64,000 nucleotides of DNA, taken from assembly GCA_963789265.1 (NCBI GenBank), contig CAWBKB010000004.1, positions 192,001 through 256,000 of the forward strand. Reading direction: 5' to 3'. The translations under genes were made by a program, and so were the position numbers. This document shows, one piece after another, positions 60,441 to 64,000 of this stretch; within the stretch, counting starts at the first letter, position 1, and every line of letters starts with the position of its first letter. The notes beneath the pieces were generated by a model that searched no databases, was not told the DNA's origin, and was given only the letters and a program-made list of their open reading frames with translations. The stretch is from an uncultured delta proteobacterium (lineage in GTDB: Bacteria > Desulfobacterota > Desulfomonilia > Desulfomonilales > Desulfomonilaceae).

Positions 60441-61181
60441 ATGCGCGAGAAAGAGATTCGCCTCACAGCCCGTAGAGATTTTCTGGCAAAGACCGGCCTC
60501 ATAGTCACCGGAGCCGTCCTTTCTTTTCCGGTCCCTGTTCTGGCCAAAAAGGGACAACTCGAACCTGAAAAGGGTAAGAAACAAGAGGCTGAAGAGGTTT
60601 CTCCGCCGGAAGATCTGATGCGGGAGCATGGCGTCCTTCGACGAATCTTGCTCATCTACGATGACATTCAAGGGCGAGTGAATAGCGGAAAAGAATTTTC
60701 TCCCGATGTACTTGGAGCCGTGGCAGGCATAATCAAGAAGTTCATTGAAGACTATCATGAGAAACTCGAAGAAGATTACCTGTTCCCACGATTTCGGAAA
60801 GCAGGAAAATTGGTGGATCTTGTGAAGGTGCTTTTGGAACAGCATCATGCAGGCCGGCGCTTGACAGCACGGATCAAGGAATTAGCCGCAGCCGGCAAAC
60901 CGAGCAAGGAATTGGGCGAAAGTCTTCACCTATTTGCAAGGATGTATCGCCCTCACGCAGCCCGCGAAGACACGGTCTTGTTTCCAGCCCTGCACAACAT
61001 TGTCTCCGCGGAAGAATTCAATTACCTCGGAGAAGAGTTCGAGGACAAGGAGCATGCCCTGTTCGGTAAGCAAGGGTTCGAAGGCGTCGTCGTCGAGGTG
61101 GCAAAACTCGAAAAAACACTCGGGCTGTACGATCTAACTCAATTTACTCCACCGGGCAAGTCTCCGAGCAAATCTTCGTAA
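60441..61181 (+). CDS. Hemerythrin-like (HHE) domain protein with Tat signal
   Basis: ARRDFL signal. LMREH, YHEKLEEDYLFP, EQH and HAAREDTVLFP. Confidence 0.85.
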   Translation: MREKEIRLTARRDFLAKTGLIVTGAVLSFPVPVLAKKGQLEPEKGKKQEAEEVSPPEDLMREHGVLRRILLIYDDIQGRVNSGKEFSPDVLGAVAGIIKKFIEDYHEKLEEDYLFPRFRKAGKLVDLVKVLLEQHHAGRRLTARIKELAAAGKPSKELGESLHLFARMYRPHAAREDTVLFPALHNIVSAEEFNYLGEEFEDKEHALFGKQGFEGVVVEVAKLEKTLGLYDLTQFTPPGKSPSKSS

Positions 61182-61384
61182 CTGGATAGCGCTTCTAAAA
61201 GATGTTCTTATTTGCCTTGACCTCGAACAGTCGAGAAGGATATTCTCCGCTCTCATAGCTTGATGTTAGCCAGCATACGTACAGGTAACATCAAGCTATG
61301 TGGACCTGACGCAGTGCCAAGCGCACAGCACAATACCTTCAAAATCATCGGGGTGGATACGTCTGTAGGGGTAAAATCGGTTAA

Positions 61385-63236
61385 ATGAAAATCCCTGTTC
61401 TCTTGGTCCTCAATTCCGCCCTTGTGGTTTTCTTTGTTTTTCTCCTACGGAAACCCGGATTACTCGCAGATTACTCCAAGGGACGTTTTCTGGCTCACAT
61501 GGCTAGGCATCGGGGTGATAACCCTGATGGATGAGTTGACCTCTGTGTTTTATGCGCCTGCTGAAGCCTATCGTTTTATCGGCCCGGCTGCAATATTCTT
61601 TATCGCTTTGACCTCCATACTTATCCGTTACTTCAGTTCCCGCCTTGTGGAAATCTCGGAGATCCTGGAACATCACGGTTTGTTCGGCGGAGGAGTCTAT
61701 TCTTTTTCTTATCTTGTTCTGGGACCGGTCGTCTCGTTCGTGGCCGTATCCTCTATCATGGTGGATTATATTCTCACCGCCTGCATTTCGGCCATAAGCG
61801 CGGTAGAAAATGGGACCTCGTTCTTTGCCATGCCCCATTACGCCAAAATGGTGACGGCCATGGCAACGGTGTGGGCCATAGCCGGCCTGAATATTTTGGG
61901 CATCCGAGAGAACGTTCGCTTCACATTTGGGGTGTTCATTTTAGCAGCATTTGTCTTCATGAATCTCATTGTTTCCGGGGTGCTAGGCCTGGATCAAGGA
62001 TCGTACGTACGGTTGTATAGCTCGCTCAGTCACGGAATGACCAGTCTGCAAACGGGCTCTTTCACGAGAGACTATGGAATTTTTATTGCCTCAGTTGCGA
62101 GTTGCGTTCTTGCTTACTCGGGGGTGGAGTCTGTTCTTCAAACGGCGGGATATGCTCGCTCCTGGCGCGAAATCTCCAAAGCGTATATCTTTCTTGCGCT
62201 CACGGTAGGCATTGTCACACCGGTGGTGGCTGCACTGGCCCTGTCAGCCCCCATAGACTTTGCCAAGCACGAAGGGGACCTCATCACTCATCATGCCACC
62301 ATGCTCAACGGGGTTCCATTCGGCGTGATTGTGGGTTCGTTGGCGAGCATCACTCTTATTATGGCTGTAAATACAGCATTCGTTGCTTCCAGCGAACTGA
62401 TGGAACGAGTCGCTGACCGATACGGCTTTGAATGGCTTATAACGACCAGCCGAAGACAATCCTTGTACCGCATCCACCTGATCAACGCTACCTCCTTTTC
62501 GATTATTATCATTATCACCGGTGGTAGCCAAATGATTCTGGCGGACATGTACGCCATCGGTCTTCTGGCCTGTTTCACTATCAACCTGGGCTCTCTCATT
62601 CTTTATAGGTATTTTATGGGTACCAAGGAGGTGATTCATTATTATACGAACCGCTTCGGCACGCTCGTACTGTTCCTCATCTTTCTTAGCTGCTTCTTCT
62701 TCCTGGCCTGGCACAAACCTCACGGTACGGAGCTATGGGGCATTGTGACCAGCTTGGTGCTGATCGGGGGGCTGATCATGGCGCGGACGCGGGGTCCGGA
62801 GATAAAGGCGGTCGGAGAGACGGACAGTCACATGGATATCATCCTGTATCTTGCGGAATCAACCGAAAATGATGTTCACATTATTTTCCGCAGACCCCGA
62901 GAAGAGGGATTGAGAATCGCCAGACAGAATGAGGTTTACGTAAGCTTTTACAACCCCAGACAGGGGGCTCCGCCCCAATTGGCTTCAAATCACTTCCGAA
63001 TTGCCGGAAGTAAAAGGAGTCTTTATCAGAATATAATCGCTTTGCTGAAAGTGGTGAAATACGAGTTGCCCGATCGGACAGTAGTCATTCACTTCGGCTG
63101 GCCGTTGTCCTCCTGGCTGGATCGTATGGCTATAGGGGTGATGGTGTTTAACATCATGCGTCTGCCCAGACAATTTCCGAGCTTTGATTTTCACATAGAT
63201 TATGCCGGATCCAAGCATGTGACGCCCTCCCCCTGA
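61385..63236 (+). CDS. APC-superfamily permease; apparent +1 frameshift near 61487
   Basis: ATG 61385 MKIPVLLV...GRF joins WLTWL...TSVFYAP. GGGVYS, LAYSGVES and about 12 TMs plus a cytoplasmic C-terminal domain. Confidence 0.8.
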
Positions 63237-63487
63237 GGCCACCATCGATGCGCACGCGGGTACACGGGAGATTTTTTGGAGACCGATCGGATTGCGCGTC
63301 TCCTTTGTCACGGCACGCGCCTTGCCCGTCCCACCTGGTCCTACCCCACTGGGCTGTACACTGGGCGGCTTGTAGGAGAGCACCCATTCCGGAAAAGAGG
63401 AATAATCTCACACTTTCCCGGATGAGTCTGGAATAGTACCTCCATCCGCCCAGGTACACCAAAATATTTGAGAGTGTAGCCTCAGAC

Positions 63488-63772
63488 TTACTTGGCTTTC
63501 TTTACGGCTTCTTTTAGTGCCTTAGCCGCCCTGAACCGGGGCACTCTCGATGCGGGGATCTTGATCTTCTTGCGAGTCTGAGGGTTCACGCCATTGCGGG
63601 CTTTCGTATGGACAGCCACGAAGGTCCCCAGATCAGCGACACGGATTTGACCGCCTTTGGCCTTCAGCGAACCGTGAACCGCACCGACGAAGGACTTCAA
63701 CACGGCAGCGGCAGCCTTCTTGGAAATGTTCGCCTCTGTAGCAATGCGGGCAACCAGTTCAGCCTTTGTCAT
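63488..63772 (-). CDS. hup: HU-family DNA-binding protein
   Basis: MTKAELV...LGTF...ARNGVNPQT...IKIPA..VPRFRAAKALKEAV. Confidence 0.93.
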   Translation of the reverse strand: MTKAELVARIATEANISKKAAAAVLKSFVGAVHGSLKAKGGQIRVADLGTFVAVHTKARNGVNPQTRKKIKIPASRVPRFRAAKALKEAVKKAK

Positions 63773-64000
63773 GATAGTACCCTCCAAATGAAATAGAAGT
63801 TTCAGGACCTTGTTACGACTCCAAGGAATTGCAAAAGGTTACATATACCAGACTGATTTGTCAAGATAAATCTGAACAACGACCAATCTATTCATTTATT
63901 CGGGGCCAATGACCCGCTTCCAGAAGTGTCGTCGCGAGTCTCGCGAGCCGAAGCAGTCTTTCATTGTGAATGTACAAAGCTGGATTGCTTCGTCGTTTCA

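Noticed and set aside
61254..61300. c-di-AMP riboswitch ahead of the APC permease
   Set aside because: Only a 15-bp inverted repeat (CATAGCTTGATGTTA/TAACATCAAGCTATG) is present, with no ydaO consensus. It is more likely a terminator or operator.

Overview
Bacterial chromosomal window from an anaerobe. Gene content suggests a Desulfobacterota/Desulfomonile-like deltaproteobacterium, but this is inference only. The standout is a complete pupylation-type protein-tagging operon: arc/mpa ATPase - dop - Pup-like tag - pafA (6753-11872). It has no 20S proteasome genes, its tag ends in a non-canonical ...KQIEGE rather than GG[E/Q], and it is preceded by a metal-dependent amidohydrolase, a SirB1/TPR protein and a stand-alone CHC2 zinc finger. 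A second highlight, missed by the ORF track, is a probable 51-aa membrane selenoprotein (in-frame TGA at 20454) heading a cluster with a SelD-associated-type FAD oxidoreductase and a NifS-type enzyme. Also present are a GntR-associated corrinoid methyltransferase (O-demethylase-like) cluster, surface-glycan genes, pccBA-like carboxylase genes, two B12-radical SAM enzymes, an ankyrin protein, two related Cys-rich mini-proteins, a His-rich protein, HU, and many REP/MITE-like intergenic repeats. About ten single-base frameshifts in unrelated genes look like sequencing errors. No rRNA, tRNA or CRISPR array was recognised. All family assignments come from motif recognition by eye; no database searches were run.
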